This document shows, one piece after another, positions 12,500 to 26,600 of a DNA stretch of 64,000 bases. The notes beneath the pieces were generated by a model that was not told the DNA's origin, searched no databases, and saw nothing but the letters and a program-made list of their open reading frames with translations. Source of the stretch: Eledone cirrhosa (taxonomy: Eukaryota); the NCBI GenBank assembly GCA_964016885.1, contig OZ024740.1, positions 251,534,001-251,598,000 of the forward strand, in the 5' to 3' direction. Each line of letters starts with the position of its first letter. Position 1 is the first letter of the stretch. The position numbers and the translations under genes were made by a program.

Positions 12500-15400
12500 C
12501 CTTGGACGGCTGGAAATTATCTCCCCTTGGACGGCTAGAAATTATCTCTCCTTGGACGGCTGAAAATTATCTCCCCTTGGACGGCTGCAAATTATCTCCC
12601 CTTGATTTTTTTTACAAATTATCTCCCCCTGATTTTTTTTTACAAATTATCTCCCCCTGATTTTTTTTTACAAATTATCTACCCCTGATTTTTTTTACAA
12701 ATTATCTCCCCCTGATTTTTTTTACAAATTATCTCCCCCTGATTTTTCTTTTACAAATTATCTCCCCCTGATTTTTTACAAATTATCTCCCCCTGATTTT
12801 TTTTACAAATTATCTCCGCCTGATTTTTTTAAATATTATCTTCCCTTGGACGGCTGGAAATTATCTCCCCTTGGCTGGAAATTATCTCCCCTTGGACGGC
12901 TAGAAATTATCTCTCTTTGGACGGCTGGAAATTATCTCCCCTTGATTTTTTTTACAAATTATCTCCCCCTGATTTTTTTTACAAATCTCCCAGTGATTTT
13001 TTTTTTTAAATTATCTCCCCTTCGCTGGCTGGAAATTATCTCCCCTTGGACGCTGGAAATTATAGCCCCTTGGAGGGCTGGAAATTATCTTCCCTTGGAC
13101 GGCTGGAAATTATCTTCTCTTGATTTTTTTTACAAATTATCTCCCCCTGATTTTTTTTTACAAATTATCTCCCCCTGATTTTTTTTACAAATTATCTCCC
13201 CCTGATTTTTTTTTACAACTTATCTCCGCCTGATTTTTTTAAAAAAATTATCTCCCCTTGGACGGCTGGAAATTATCTCCCCTTGGACGGCTGGAAATTA
13301 TCTCTCCTTGGACGGCTAGAAATTACCTATCCTTGGACGGATGAAAATTATCTCCCCTTGGACGGCTGGAAATTAACTCCCCTTGATTTTTTTTACAAAT
13401 TATCTCCCCCTGATTTTTTTTACAAATTATCTCCCTCTGATTTTTTTTTACAAATTATCTCCCCCTGATTTTTTTTTACAAATTATCTCCCCCTGATTTT
13501 TTTTACAAATTATCTCCCCCTGATTTTTTTACACATTATCTCCCCTTGGCTGGCTGGAAATTATCTCCCCTTGGAGGCTGGAATTTATCTCCCCTTGGAC
13601 GGCTAGAAATTACCTCTCCTTGGACGGCTGGAAAATATGTCTCCTTGGACGGCTGGAAGTTATCTCCCCTTGGACGGCTGGAAATTATCTCCCCTTGGAC
13701 GGCTGGAAATTATCTCCCCTTGGATGGCTAGATATTACCTCCCCTTGGACGGCTGGAAATTATCTCCCCTTGATTTTTTTTACAAATTATCTCCCCCTGA
13801 TTTTTTTTTACAAATTATCTCCCCCTGATTTTTTTTTACAAATTATCTCCCCCTGATTTTTGTTTACAAATTATCTCCGCCTGATTTTTTTTTAAAAATT
13901 ATCTCCCGTTGGACGGCTGGAAATTATCTCCCCTTGGACGGCTGGAAATTATCTCCCCTTGGACGGCTAGAAATTACCTCTCCTTGGACGGCTGAAAATT
14001 ATCTCCCCTTGGACGGCTGGAAATTATCTCCCCTTGATTTTTTTACAAATTATCTCCCCCTGATTTTTTTTTACAAATTATCTCCCCCTGATTTTTTTTA
14101 CAAATTATCTCCCCCTGATTTTTTTTACAAATTATCTCCCCCTGATTTTTTTTACAAATTATCTCCGCCTGATTTTTTTAAATATTATCTCTCCTTGGCT
14201 GGCGGGAAATTATCTCCCCTTGGACGGCTGGAAATTATCTCCCCTTGATTTTCTTTTTACAAATTATCTCCCCCTGATTTTTCTTTTACAAATTATCTCC
14301 CCCTGATTTTTTTACAAATTATCTCCCCCTGATTTTTTTTACAAATTATCTCCGCCTGATTTTTTTAAATATTATCTTCCCTTGGCTGGCGGGAAATTAT
14401 CTCCCCTTGGACGGCTGGAAATTATCTGCCCTTGATTTTCTTTTTACAAATTATCTTCCACTGATTTTTTTTACAAATTATCTCCACCTGATTTTTTAAA
14501 AAATTATCTCCCCTTGGAAGGCTGGAAATTATCTCCCCTTGGATGGCTAGAAATTATCTCTCTTTGGACGGCTGGAAATTATCTCCCCTTGATTTTTTTT
14601 ACAAATTATCTCCCCCTGATTTTTTTTACAAATATCCCAGTGATTTTTTTAAAAAATTATCTCCCCTTCGCTGGCTGGAAATTATCTCCCCTTGGACGCT
14701 GGAAATTATAGCCCCTTGGAGGGCTGGAAATTATCTTCCCTTGGACGGCTGGAAATTATCTCCCCCTGATTTTTTTTTACAAATTATCTCCCCCTGATTT
14801 TTTTTTACAAATTATCTCCCCCTGATTTTTTTTTACAACTTATCTCCGCCTGATTTTTTTAAAAAAATCATCTCCCCTTGGACGGCTGGAAATTATCTCC
14901 CCTTGGACGGCTGGAAATTATCTCTCCTTGGACGGCTAGAAATTACCTCTCCTTGGACAATTGAAAATTATCTCCCCTTGGACGGCTGGAAATTATCTCC
15001 CCTTGATTTTTTTTACAAATTATCTCCCCCTGATTTTTTTTACAAATTATCTCCCCTGATTTTTTTTTACAAATTATCTCCCCCTGATTTTTTTTTACAA
15101 ATCATCTCCCCCTGATTTTTTTTACAAATTATCTCCCCCTGATTTTTTTACAAATTATCTCCCCTTGGCTGGCTGGAAATTATCTCCCCTTGGAGGCAGG
15201 AATTTATCTCCCCTTGGACGGCTAGAAATTACCTCTCCTTGGACGGCTGGAAAATATGTCTCCTTGGACGGCTGGAAATTATCTCCACTTGGACGGCTGG
15301 AAATTATCTCCCCTTGGACGGCTGGAAATTATCTCCCCTTGGACGGCTAGAAATTACCTCTCCTTGGACGGCTGAAAATTATCTCCCCTTGGACGGCTGG

Positions 15401-18400
15401 AAATTATCTCCCCTTGATTTTTTTACAAATTATCTCACCCTGATTTTTTTTTACAAATTATCTCCCCCTGATTTTTTTTACAAATTATCTCCCCCTGATT
15501 TTTTTTACAAATTATCTCCCCCTGATTTTTTTTACAAATTATCTCCGCCTGATTTTTTTAAATATTATCTCTCCTTGGCTGGCGGGAAATTATCTCCCCT
15601 TGGACGGCTGCAAATTATCTCCGCTTGATTTTTTTTACAAATTATCTCCCCCTGATTTTTTTTTACAAATTATCTCCCCCTGATTTTTTTTGCAAATTAT
15701 CTCCCCTGATTTTTTTTTACAAATTATCTCCCCCTGATTTTTTTTTACAAATTATCTCCCCCTGATTTTTTTTTTACAAATTATCTCCCCCTGATTTTTT
15801 TACAAATTATCTCACCCTGATTTTTTTTACAATCTCCGCCTGATTTTTTTAAAAATTATCTTCCCTTGGCTGGCGGGAAATTATCTCCCCTTGGACGGCT
15901 GGAAATTATCTCCCCTTGGAAGGATGGAAATTATCTCCCCTTGGACGGCTGGAAATTATCTCCCCTTGCACGGCTGGAAATTATCTCCCCTTGGCTGGAA
16001 ATTATCACCCCTTGGACGGCTAGAAATTATCTCTCTTTGGATGGCTGGAAATTATCTCTCTTTGATTTTTTTTACAAATTATCTCCCTCTGATTTTTTTT
16101 ACAAATCTCCCCCTGATTTTTTTTTACAAATTATCTCCCCCTGATTTTTTTTACAAACTATCTCCCCCTGATTTTTTTACAAATTATCTCCCCTTGGCTG
16201 GCTGGAAATTATCTCCCCTTGGAGGCTGGAATTTATCTCCCCTTGGACGGCTAGAAATTACCTCTCCTTGGACGGCTGGAAAATATGTCTCCTTGGACGG
16301 CTGGAAATTATCTCCCCTTGGACGGCTGGAAATTACCTCTCCTTGGACGGCTGAAAATTATCTCCCCTTGGACGGCTGGAAATTATCTCCCCTTGATTTT
16401 TTTACAAATTATCTCCCCCTGATTTTTTTTTTACAAATTATCTCCCCCTGATTTTTTTTACAAATTATCTACGCCTGATTTTTTTAAATATTATCTCTCC
16501 TTGGCTGGCGGGAAATTATCTCCCCTTGGAAGGATGGAAATTATCTCCCCTTGGACGGCTGGAAATTATCTCCCCTTGGACGGCTAGAAATTATCTCTCC
16601 TTGGACTGCTGAAAATTATCTCCCCTTGGACGGCTGCAAATTATCTCCCCTTGATTTTTTTTACAAATTATCTCCCCCTGATTTTTTTTTACAAATTATC
16701 TCCCCCTGATTTTTTTTACAAATTATCTCCCCCTGATTTTTTTTTACAAATTATCTCCCCCTGATTTTTTTTTACAAATTATCTACCCCTGATTTTTTTA
16801 CAAATTATCTCCCCCTGATTTTTTTTACAAATTATCTCCCCCTGATTTTTCTTTTACAAATTATCTCCCCCTGATTTTTTTACAAATTATCTCCCCCTGA
16901 TTTTTTTTACAAATTATCTCCGCCTGATTTTTTAAAATATTATCTTCCCTTGGACGGCTGGAAATTATCTCCCCTTGGCTGGAAATTATCTCCCCTTGGA
17001 CGGCTAGAAATTATCTCTCTTTGGACGGCTGGAAATTATCTCCCCTTGATTTTTTTAAAAATTATCTCCCCCTGATTTTTTTTACAAATCTCCCAGTGAT
17101 TTTTTTAAAAAAATTATCTCCCCTTCGCTGGCTGGAAATTATCTCCCCTTGGACGCTGGAAATTATAGCCCCTTGGAGGGCTGGAAATTATCTTCCCTTG
17201 GACGGCTGGAAATTATCTTCTCTTGATTTTTTTTACAAATTATCTCCCCCTGATTTTTTTTTACAAATTATCTCCCCCTGATTTTGTTTTACAAATTATC
17301 TCCCCCTGATTTTTTTTTACAACTTATCTCCGCCTGATTTTTTTAAAAAAATTATCTCCCCTTGGACGGCTGGAAATTATCTCCCCTTGGACGGCTGGAA
17401 ATTATCTCTCCTTGGACGGCTAGAAATTACCTATCCTTGGACGGCTGAAAATTATCTCCCCTTGGACGGCTGGAAATTAACTCCCCTTGATTTTTTTTAC
17501 AAATTATCTCCCCCTGATTTTTTTTACAAATTATCTCCCCCTGATTTTTTTTTACAAATTATCTCCCCCTGATTTTTTTTTACAAATTATCTCCCCCTGA
17601 TTTTTTTTACAAATTATCTCCCCCTGATTTTTTTACAAATTATCTCCCCTTGGCTGGCTGGAAATTATCTCCCCTTGGAGGCTGGAAATTTATCTCCCCT
17701 TGGACGGCTAGAAATTACCTCTCCTTGGACGGCTGGAAAATATGTCTCCTTGGACGGCTGGAAATTATCTCCCCTTGGACGGCTGGAAATTATCTCCCCT
17801 TGGACGGCTGGAAATTATCTCCCCTTGGATGGCTAGATATTACCTCCCCTTGGACGGCTGGAAATTATCTCCCCTTGATTTTTTTTACAAATTATCTCCC
17901 CCTGATTTTTTTTTACAAATTATCTCCCCCTGATTTTTTTTTACAAATTATCTCCCCCTGATTTTTGTTTACAAATTATCTCCGCCTGATTTTTTTTTTA
18001 AAATTATCTCCCGTTGGACGGCTGGAAATTATCTCCCCTTGGACGGCTGGAAATTATCTCCCCTTGGACGGCTAGAAATTACCTCTCCTTGGACGGCTGA
18101 AAATTATCTCCCCTTGGACGGCTGGAAATTATCTCCCCTTGATTTTTTTACAAATTATCTCCCCCTGATTTTTTTTTACAAATTATCTCCCCCTGATTTT
18201 TTTTACAAATTATCTCCCCCTGATTTTTTTTACAAATTATCTCCCCCTGATTTTTTTTACAGATTATCTCCGCCTGATTTTTTTAAATATTATCTCTCCT
18301 TGGCTGGCGGGAAATTATCTCCCCTTGGACGGCTGGAAATTATCTCCCCTTGATTTTCTTTTTACAAATTATCTCCCCCTGATTTTTCTTTTACAAATTA

Positions 18401-20620
18401 TCTCCCCCTGATTTTTTTACAAATTATCTCCGCCTGATTTTTTTAAATATTATCTTCCCTTGGCTGGCGGGAAATGATCTCCCCTTGGACGGCTGGAAAT
18501 TATCTGCCCTTGATTTTCTTTTTACAAATTATCTTCCACTGATTTTTTTTACAAATTAACTCCACCTGATTTTTTAAAAAATTATCTCCCCTTGGAAGGC
18601 TGGAAATTATCTCCCCTTGGACGGCTAGAAATTATCTCTCTTTGGAAGGCTGGAAATTATCTCCCCTTGATTTTTTTTACAAATTATCTCCCCCTGATTT
18701 TTTTAAAAAAATTATCTCCCCTTCGCTGGCTGGAAATTATCTCCCCTTGGACGCTGGAAATTATAGCCCCTTGGAGGGCTGGAAATTATCTTCCCTTGGA
18801 CGGCTGGAAATTATCTCCCCTTGATTTTTTTTACAAATTATCTCCCCCTGATTTTTTTTTACAAATTATCTCCCCCTGATTTTTTTTTACAACTTATCTC
18901 CGCCTGATTTTTTTAAAAAAATCATCTCCCCTTGGACGGCTGGAAATTATCTCCCCTGGGACGGCTGGAAATTATCTCTCCTTGGACGGCTAGAAATTAC
19001 CTCTCCTTGGACAATTGAAAATTATCTCCCCTTGGACGGCTGGAAATTATCTCCCCTTGATTTTTTTACAAATTATCTCCCCCTGATTTTTTTTACAAAT
19101 TATCTCCCCTGATTTTTTTTTACAAATTATCTCCCCCTGATTTTTTTTTACAAATTATCTCCCCCTGATTTTTTTTACAAATTATCTCCCCCTGATTTTT
19201 TTACAAATTATCTCCCCTTGGCTGGCTGGAAATTATCTCCCCTTGGAGGCAGGAATTTATCTCCCCTTGGACGGCTAGAAATTACCTCTCCTTGGACGGC
19301 TGGAAAATATGGTTCCTTGGACGGCTGGAAATTATCTCCCCTTGGACGGCTGGAAATTATCTCCCCTTGGACGGCTGGAAATTATCTCCCCTTGGACGGC
19401 TAGAAATTACCTCTCCTTGGACGGCTGAAAATTATCTCCCCTTGGACGGCTGGAAATTATCTCCCCTTGATTTTTTTACAAATTATCTCCCCCTGATTTT
19501 TTTTTACAAATTATCTCCCCCTGATTTTTTTTACAAATTATCTCCCCGTGATTTTTTTTACAAATTATCTCCCCCTGATTTTTTTTACAAATTATCTCCG
19601 CCTGATTTTTTTAAATATTATCTCTCCTCGGCTGGCGGGAAATTATCTCCCCTTGGACGGCTTCAAATTATCTCCGCTTGATTTTTTTTACAAATTATCT
19701 CCCCCTGATTTTTTTTTACAAATTATCTCCCCCTGATTTTTTTTACAAATTATCTCCCCTGATTTTTTTTTACAAATTATCTCCCCCTGATTTTTTTTTA
19801 CAAATTATCTCCCCCTGATTTTTTTTTTACAAATTATCTCCCCCTGATTTTTTTACAAATTATCTCCCCCTGATTTTTTTACAAATTATCTCCCCCTGAT
19901 TTTTTTTACAATCTCCGCCTGATTTTTTTAAAAATTATCTTCCCTTGGCTGGCGGGAAATTATCTCCCCTTGGACGGCTGGAAATTATCTCCCCTTGGAA
20001 GGATGGAAATTATCTCCCCTTGGACGGCTGGAAATTATCTCCCCTTGCACGGCTGGAAATTATCTCCCCTTGGCTGGAAATTATCTCCCCTTGGACGGCT
20101 AGAAATTATCTCTCTTTGGATGGCTGGAAATTATCTCCCTTTGATTTTTTTTACAAATTATCTCCCTCTGATTTTTTTTACAAATCTCCCCCTGATTTTT
20201 TTTTACAAATTATCTCCCCCTGATTTTTTTTACAAACTATCTCCCCCTGATTTTTTTACAAATTATCTCCCCTTGGCTGGCTGGAAATTATCTCCCCTTG
20301 GAGGCTGGAATTTATCTCCCCTTGGACGGCTAGAAATTACCTCTCCTTGGACGGCTGGAAAATATGTCTCCTTGGACGGCTGGAAATTATCTCCCCTTGG
20401 ACGGCTGGAAATTACCTCTCCTTGGACGGCTGAAAATTATCTCCCCTTGGACGGCTGGAAATTATCTCCCCTTGATTTTTTTACAAATTATCTCCCCCTG
20501 ATTTTTTTTTACAAATTATCTCCCCCTGATTTTTTTTACAAATTATCTACGCCTGATTTTTTTAAATATTATCTCTCCTTGGCTGGCGGGAAATTATCTC
20601 CCCTTGGAAGGATGGAAATT
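12500..20620 (+). repeat. Two diverged tandem copies of a ~4.1-kb higher-order unit
   Basis: ORF offsets 4,104 (13283/17387; 13546/17650), 4,105, 4,078, 4,053 and 4,079 (15866/19945); shared rare markers TACCTATCC, TTAACTCC and GGATGGCTAGATATT. Confidence 0.85.
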
Positions 20621-23600
20621 ATCTCCCCTTGGACGGCTGGAAATTATCTCCCCTTGCACTGCTGGAAATTATCTCCCCTTGGACGGCTGGAAATTATCTG
20701 CCCTTGATTTTGTTTTTACAAATTATCTTCCCCTGATTATTTTTACAAATTATCTCCACCTGATTTTTTAAAAAATTATCTCCCCTTGGACGGCTGGAAA
20801 TTATCTCCCCTTGGCTGGAAATTATCTCCCCTTGGACGGCTAGAAATTATCTCTCTTTGGACGGCTGGAAATTATCTCCCCTTGATTTTTTTTACAAATT
20901 ATCTCCCCCTGATTTTTTTTACAAATTATCCCCTCATGATTTTTAAAAAAAAAATTATCTCCCCTTCGCTGGCTGGAAATTATCTCCCCTTGGACGCTGA
21001 AAATTATCTCCCCTTGGACGGCTGCAAATTATCTCCCCTTGATTTTTTTTACAAATTATCCCCCCATGATTTTTAAAAAAAAAATTATCTCCCCTTCGCT
21101 GGCTGGAAATTATCTCCCCTTGGACGCTGGAAATTATAGCCCCTTGGAGGGCTGGAAATTATCTTCCCTTGGACGGCTGGAAATTATCTCCCCTTGATTT
21201 TTTTTACAAATTATCTCCCCCTGATTTTTTTTTACAAATTATCTCCCACTGATTTTTTTTTACAAATTATCTCCCCCTGATTTTTTTTTTACAAATTATC
21301 TCCGCCTGATTTTTTAAAAAAAATTATCTCCCCTTGGACGGCTGGAAATTATCTCCCCTTGGACGGCTGGAAATTATCTCCCCTTGGACGGCTAGAAATT
21401 ACCTCTCCTTGGACGGCTGAAAATTATCTCCCCTTGGACGGCTGCAAATTATCTCCCCTTGATTTTTTTTACAAATTATCTCCCCCTGATTTTTTTTACA
21501 AATTATCTCCCCCTGATTTTTTTTACAAATTATCTCCCCCTGATTTTTTTTTACAAATTATCTCCCCCTGATTTTTTTTTACAAATTATCTCCCCCTGAT
21601 TTTTTTTACAAATTATCTCCCCCTGATTTTTTTTACAATCTCCGCCTGATTTTTTAAAAAATTATCTTCCCTTGGCTGGCGGGAAATTATCTCCCCTTGG
21701 ACGGCTGGAAATTATCTCCCCTTGGACGGCTAGAAATTATCTCTCTTTGGACGGCTGGAAATTATCTCCCCTTGATTTTTTTTACAAATTATCTCCCCCT
21801 GATTTTTTTTACAAATTATCCCCGCATGATTTTTAAAAAAAAAATTATCTCCCCTTCGCTGGCTGGAAATTATCTCCCCTTGGACGCTGGAAATTATAGC
21901 CCCTTGGAGGGCTGGAAATTATCTTCCCTTGGACGGCTGGAAATTATCTCCCCTTGATTTTTTTTACAAATTATCTCCCCCTGATTTTTTTTTACAAATT
22001 ATCTCCCCCTGATTTTTTTTTACAAATTATCTCCCCCTGATTTTTTTTTTTACAAATTATCTCCGCCTGATTTTTAAAAAAAAATTATCTCCCCTTGGAC
22101 GGCTGGAAATTATCTCCCCTTGGACGGCTAGAAATTACCTCTCCTTGGACGGCTGAAAATTATCTCCCATTGGACGGCTGCAAATTATCTCCCCTTGATT
22201 TTTTTTACAAATTATCTCCCCCTGATTTTTTTTACAAATTATCTCCCCCTGATTTTTTTTACAAATTATCTCCCCCTGATTTTTTTTTACAAATTATCTC
22301 CCCCTGATTTTTTTTTACAAATTATCTCCCCCTGATTTTTTTTACAAATTATCTCCCCCTGATTTTTTTTACAAATTATCTCCCCCTGATTTTTTTTTAC
22401 AAATTATCTCCCCTTGATTTTTTTTTACAAATTATCTCCCCCTGATTTTTTTTTTACAAATTATCTCCCCCTGATTTTTTTACAAATTATCTCCCCCTGA
22501 TTTTTTTTACAAATTATCTCCCCCTGATTTTTTTTACAAATTATCTCCCCTTGATTTTTTTTTACAAATTATCTCCCCCTGATTTTTTTTTTACAAATTA
22601 TCTCCCCCTGATTTTTTTTAAAATTATCTTCCCTTGGCTGGCGGGAAATTATCTCCCCTTGGACGGCTGAAAATTATCTCCCATTGGACGGCTGCAAATT
22701 ATCTCCCCTTGATTTTTTTTACAAATTATCTCCCCCTGATTTTTTTTACAAATTATCTCCCCCTGATTTTTTTTACAAATTATCTCCCCCTGATTTTTTT
22801 TACAAATTATCTCCCCCTGATTTTTAAAAAAAAAATTATCTCCTCTTCGCTGGCTGGAAATTATCTCCCCTTGGACGCTGGAAATTATAGCCCCTTGGAG
22901 GGCTGGAAATTATCTTCCCTTGGACGGCTGGAAATTATCTTCCCTTGGACGGCTGGAAATTATCTCCCCTTGATTTTTTTTACAAATTATCTCCCCCTGA
23001 TTTTTTTTACAAATTATCTCCCCTGATTTTTTTTTACAAATTATCTCCCCCTGATTTTTTTTTACAAATTATCTCCCCCTGATTTTTTTTACAAATTATC
23101 TCCCCCTGATTTTTTTACAAATTATCTCCCCTTGGCTGGCTGGAAATTATCTCCCCTTGGAGGCAGGAATTTATCTCCCCTTGGACGGCTAGAAATTACC
23201 TCTCCTTGGACGGCTGGAAAATATGTCTCCTTGGACGGCTGGAAATTATCTCCACTTGGACGGCTGGAAATTATCTCCCCTTGGACGGCTGGAAATTATC
23301 TCCCCTTGGACGGCTAGAAATTACCTCTCCTTGGACGGCTGAAAATTATCTCCCCTTGGACGGCTGGAAATTATCTCCCCTTGATTTTTTTACAAATTAT
23401 CTCACCCTGATTTTTTTTTACAAATTATCTCCCCCTGATTTTTTTTACAAATTATCTCCCCCTGATTTTTTTTACAAATTATCTCCCCCTGATTTTTTTT
23501 ACAAATTATCTCCGCCTGATTTTTTTAAATATTATCTCTCCTTGGCTGGCGGGAAATTATCTCCCCTTGGACGGCTGCAAATTATCTCCGCTTGATTTTT

Positions 23601-26600
23601 TTTACAAATTATCTCCCCCTGATTTTTTTTTACAAATTATCTCCCCCTGATTTTTTTTGCAAATTATCTCCCCTGATTTTTTTTTACAAATTATCTCCCC
23701 CTGATTTTTTTTTACAAATTATCTCCCCCTGATTTTTTTTTTACAAATTATCTCCCCCTGATTTTTTTACAAATTATCTCCCCCTGATTTTTTTTACAAT
23801 CTCCGCCTGATTTTTTTAAAAATTATCTTCCCTTGGCTGGCGGGAAATTATCTCCCCTTGGACGGCTGGAAATTATCTCCCCTTGGAAGGATGGAAATTA
23901 TCTCCCCTTGGACGGCTGGAAATTATCTCCCCTTGCACGGCTGGAAATTATCTCCCCTTGGCTGGAAATTATCTCCCCTTGGACGGCTAGAAATTATCTC
24001 TCTTTGGATGGCTGGAAATTATCTCTCTTTGATTTTTTTTACAAATTATCTCCCTCTGATTTTTTTTACAAATCTCCCCCTGATTTTTTTTTACAAATTA
24101 TCTCCCCCTGATTTTTTTTACAAACTATCTCCCCCTGATTTTTTTACAAATTATCTCCCCTTGGCTGGCTGGAAATTATCTCCCCTTGGAGGCTGGAATT
24201 TATCTCCCCTTGGACGGCTAGAAATTACCTCTCCTTGGACGGCTGGAAAATATGTCTCCTTGGACGGCTGGAAATTATCTCCCCTTGGACGGCTGGAAAT
24301 TACCTCTCCTTGGACGGCTGAAAATTATCTCCCCTTGGACGGCTGGAAATTATCTCCCCTTGATTTTTTTACAAATTATCTCCCCCTGATTTTTTTTTTA
24401 CAAATTATCTCCCCCTGATTTTTTTTACAAATTATCTACGCCTGATTTTTTTAAATATTATCTCTCCTTGGCTGGCGGGAAATTATCTCCCCTTGGAAGG
24501 ATGGAAATTATCTCCCCTTGGACGGCTGGAAATTATCTCCCCTTGGACGGCTAGAAATTATCTCTCCTTGGACGGCTGAAAATTATCTCCCCTTGGACGG
24601 CTGCAAATTATCTCCCCTTGATTTTTTTTACAAATTATCTCCCCCTGATTTTTTTTTACAAATTATCTCCCCCTGATTTTTTTTACAAATTATCTCCCCC
24701 TGATTTTTTTTTACAAATTATCTCCCCCTGATTTTTTTTTACAAATTATCTACCCCTGATTTTTTTACAAATTATCTCCCCCTGATTTTTTTTACAAATT
24801 ATCTCCCCCTGATTTTTCTTTTACAAATTATCTCCCCCTGATTTTTTTACAAATTATCTCCCCCTGATTTTTTTTACAAATTATCTCCGCCTGATTTTTT
24901 TAAATATTATCTTCCCTTGGACGGCTGGAAATTATCTCCCCTTGGCTGGAAATTATCTCCCCTTGGACGGCTAGAAATTATCTCTCTTTGGACGGCTGGA
25001 AATTATCTCCCCTTGATTTTTTTTACAAATTATCTCCCCCTGATTTTTTTTACAAATCTCCCAGTGATTTTTTAAAAAAAATTATCTCCCCTTCGCTGGC
25101 TGGAAATTATCTCCCCTTGGACGCTGGAAATTATAGCCCCTTGGAGGGCTGGAAATTATCTTCCCTTGGACGGCTGGAAATTATCTTCTCTTGATTTTTT
25201 TTACAAATTATCTCCCCCTGATTTTTTTTTACAAATTATCTCCCCCTGATTTTGTTTTACAAATTATCTCCGCCTGATTTTTTAAAAAAAATTATCTCCC
25301 CTTGGACGGCTGGAAATTACCTCCCCTTGGACGGCTGGAAATTATCTCTCCTTGGACGGCTAGAAATTACCTATCCTTGGACGGATGAAAATTATCTCCC
25401 CTTGGACGGCTGGAAATTAACTCCCCTTGATTTTTTTTACAAATTATCTCCCCCTGATTTTTTTTACAAATTATCTCCCCCTGATTTTTTTTTACAAATT
25501 ATCTCCCCCTGATTTTTTTTTACAAATTATCTCCCCCTGATTTTTTTTACAAATTATCTCCCCCTGATTTTTTTACAAATTATCTCCCCTTGGCTGGCTG
25601 GAAATTATCTCCCCTTGGAGGCTGGAATTTATCTCCCCTTGGACGGCTAGAAATTACCTCTCCTTGGACGGCTGGAAAATATGTCTCCTTGGACGGCTGG
25701 AAATTATCTCCCCTTGGACGGCTGGAAATTATCTCCCCTTGGACGGCTGGAAATTATCTGCCCTTGGATGGCTAGATATTACCTCCCCTTGGACGGCTGG
25801 AAATTATCTCCCCTTGATTTTTTTTACAAATTATCTCCCCCTGATTTTTTTTTACAAATTATCTACCCCTGATTTTTTTTTACAAATTATCTCCCCCTGA
25901 TTTTTGTTTACAAATTATCTCCGCCTGATTTTTTTTTAAAAATTATCTCCCGTTGGACGGCTGGAAATTATCTCCCCTTGGACGGCTGGAAATTATCTCC
26001 CCTTGGACGGCTAGAAATTACCTCTCCTTGGACGGCTGAAAATTATCTCCCCTTGGACGGCTGGAAATTATCTCCCCTTGATTTTTTTACAAATTATCTC
26101 CCCCTGATTTTTTTTTACAAATTATCTCCCCCTGATTTTTTTTACAAATTATCTCCCCCTGATTTTTTTTACAAATTATCTCCCCCTGATTTTTTTACAG
26201 ATTATCTCCGCCTGATTTTTTTAAATATTATCTCTCCTTGGCTGGCGGGAAATTATCTCCCCTTGGACGGCTGGAAATTATCTCCCCTTGATTTTCTTTT
26301 TACAAATTATCTCCCCCTGATTTTTCTTTTACAAATTATCTCCCCCTGATTTTTTTACAAATTATCTCCGCCTGATTTTTTTAAATATTATCTTCCCTTG
26401 GCTGGCGGGAAATGATCTCCCCTTGGACGGCTGGAAATTATCTGCCCTTGAGTTTCTTTTTACAAATTATCTTCCACTGATTTTTTTTACAAATTATCTC
26501 CACCTGATTTTTTAAAAAATTATCTCCCCTTGGAAGGCTGGAAATTATCTCCCCTTGGACGGCTAGAAATTATCTCTCTTTGGAAGGCTGGAAATTATCT

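Noticed and set aside
19970-20707. Longest ORF (245 aa) as a leucine-rich-repeat-like or repeat protein
   Set aside because: Pure satellite translation; sister copies (15891, 23858, 27696) end at 186 aa through single-T indels, so the frame is not conserved.
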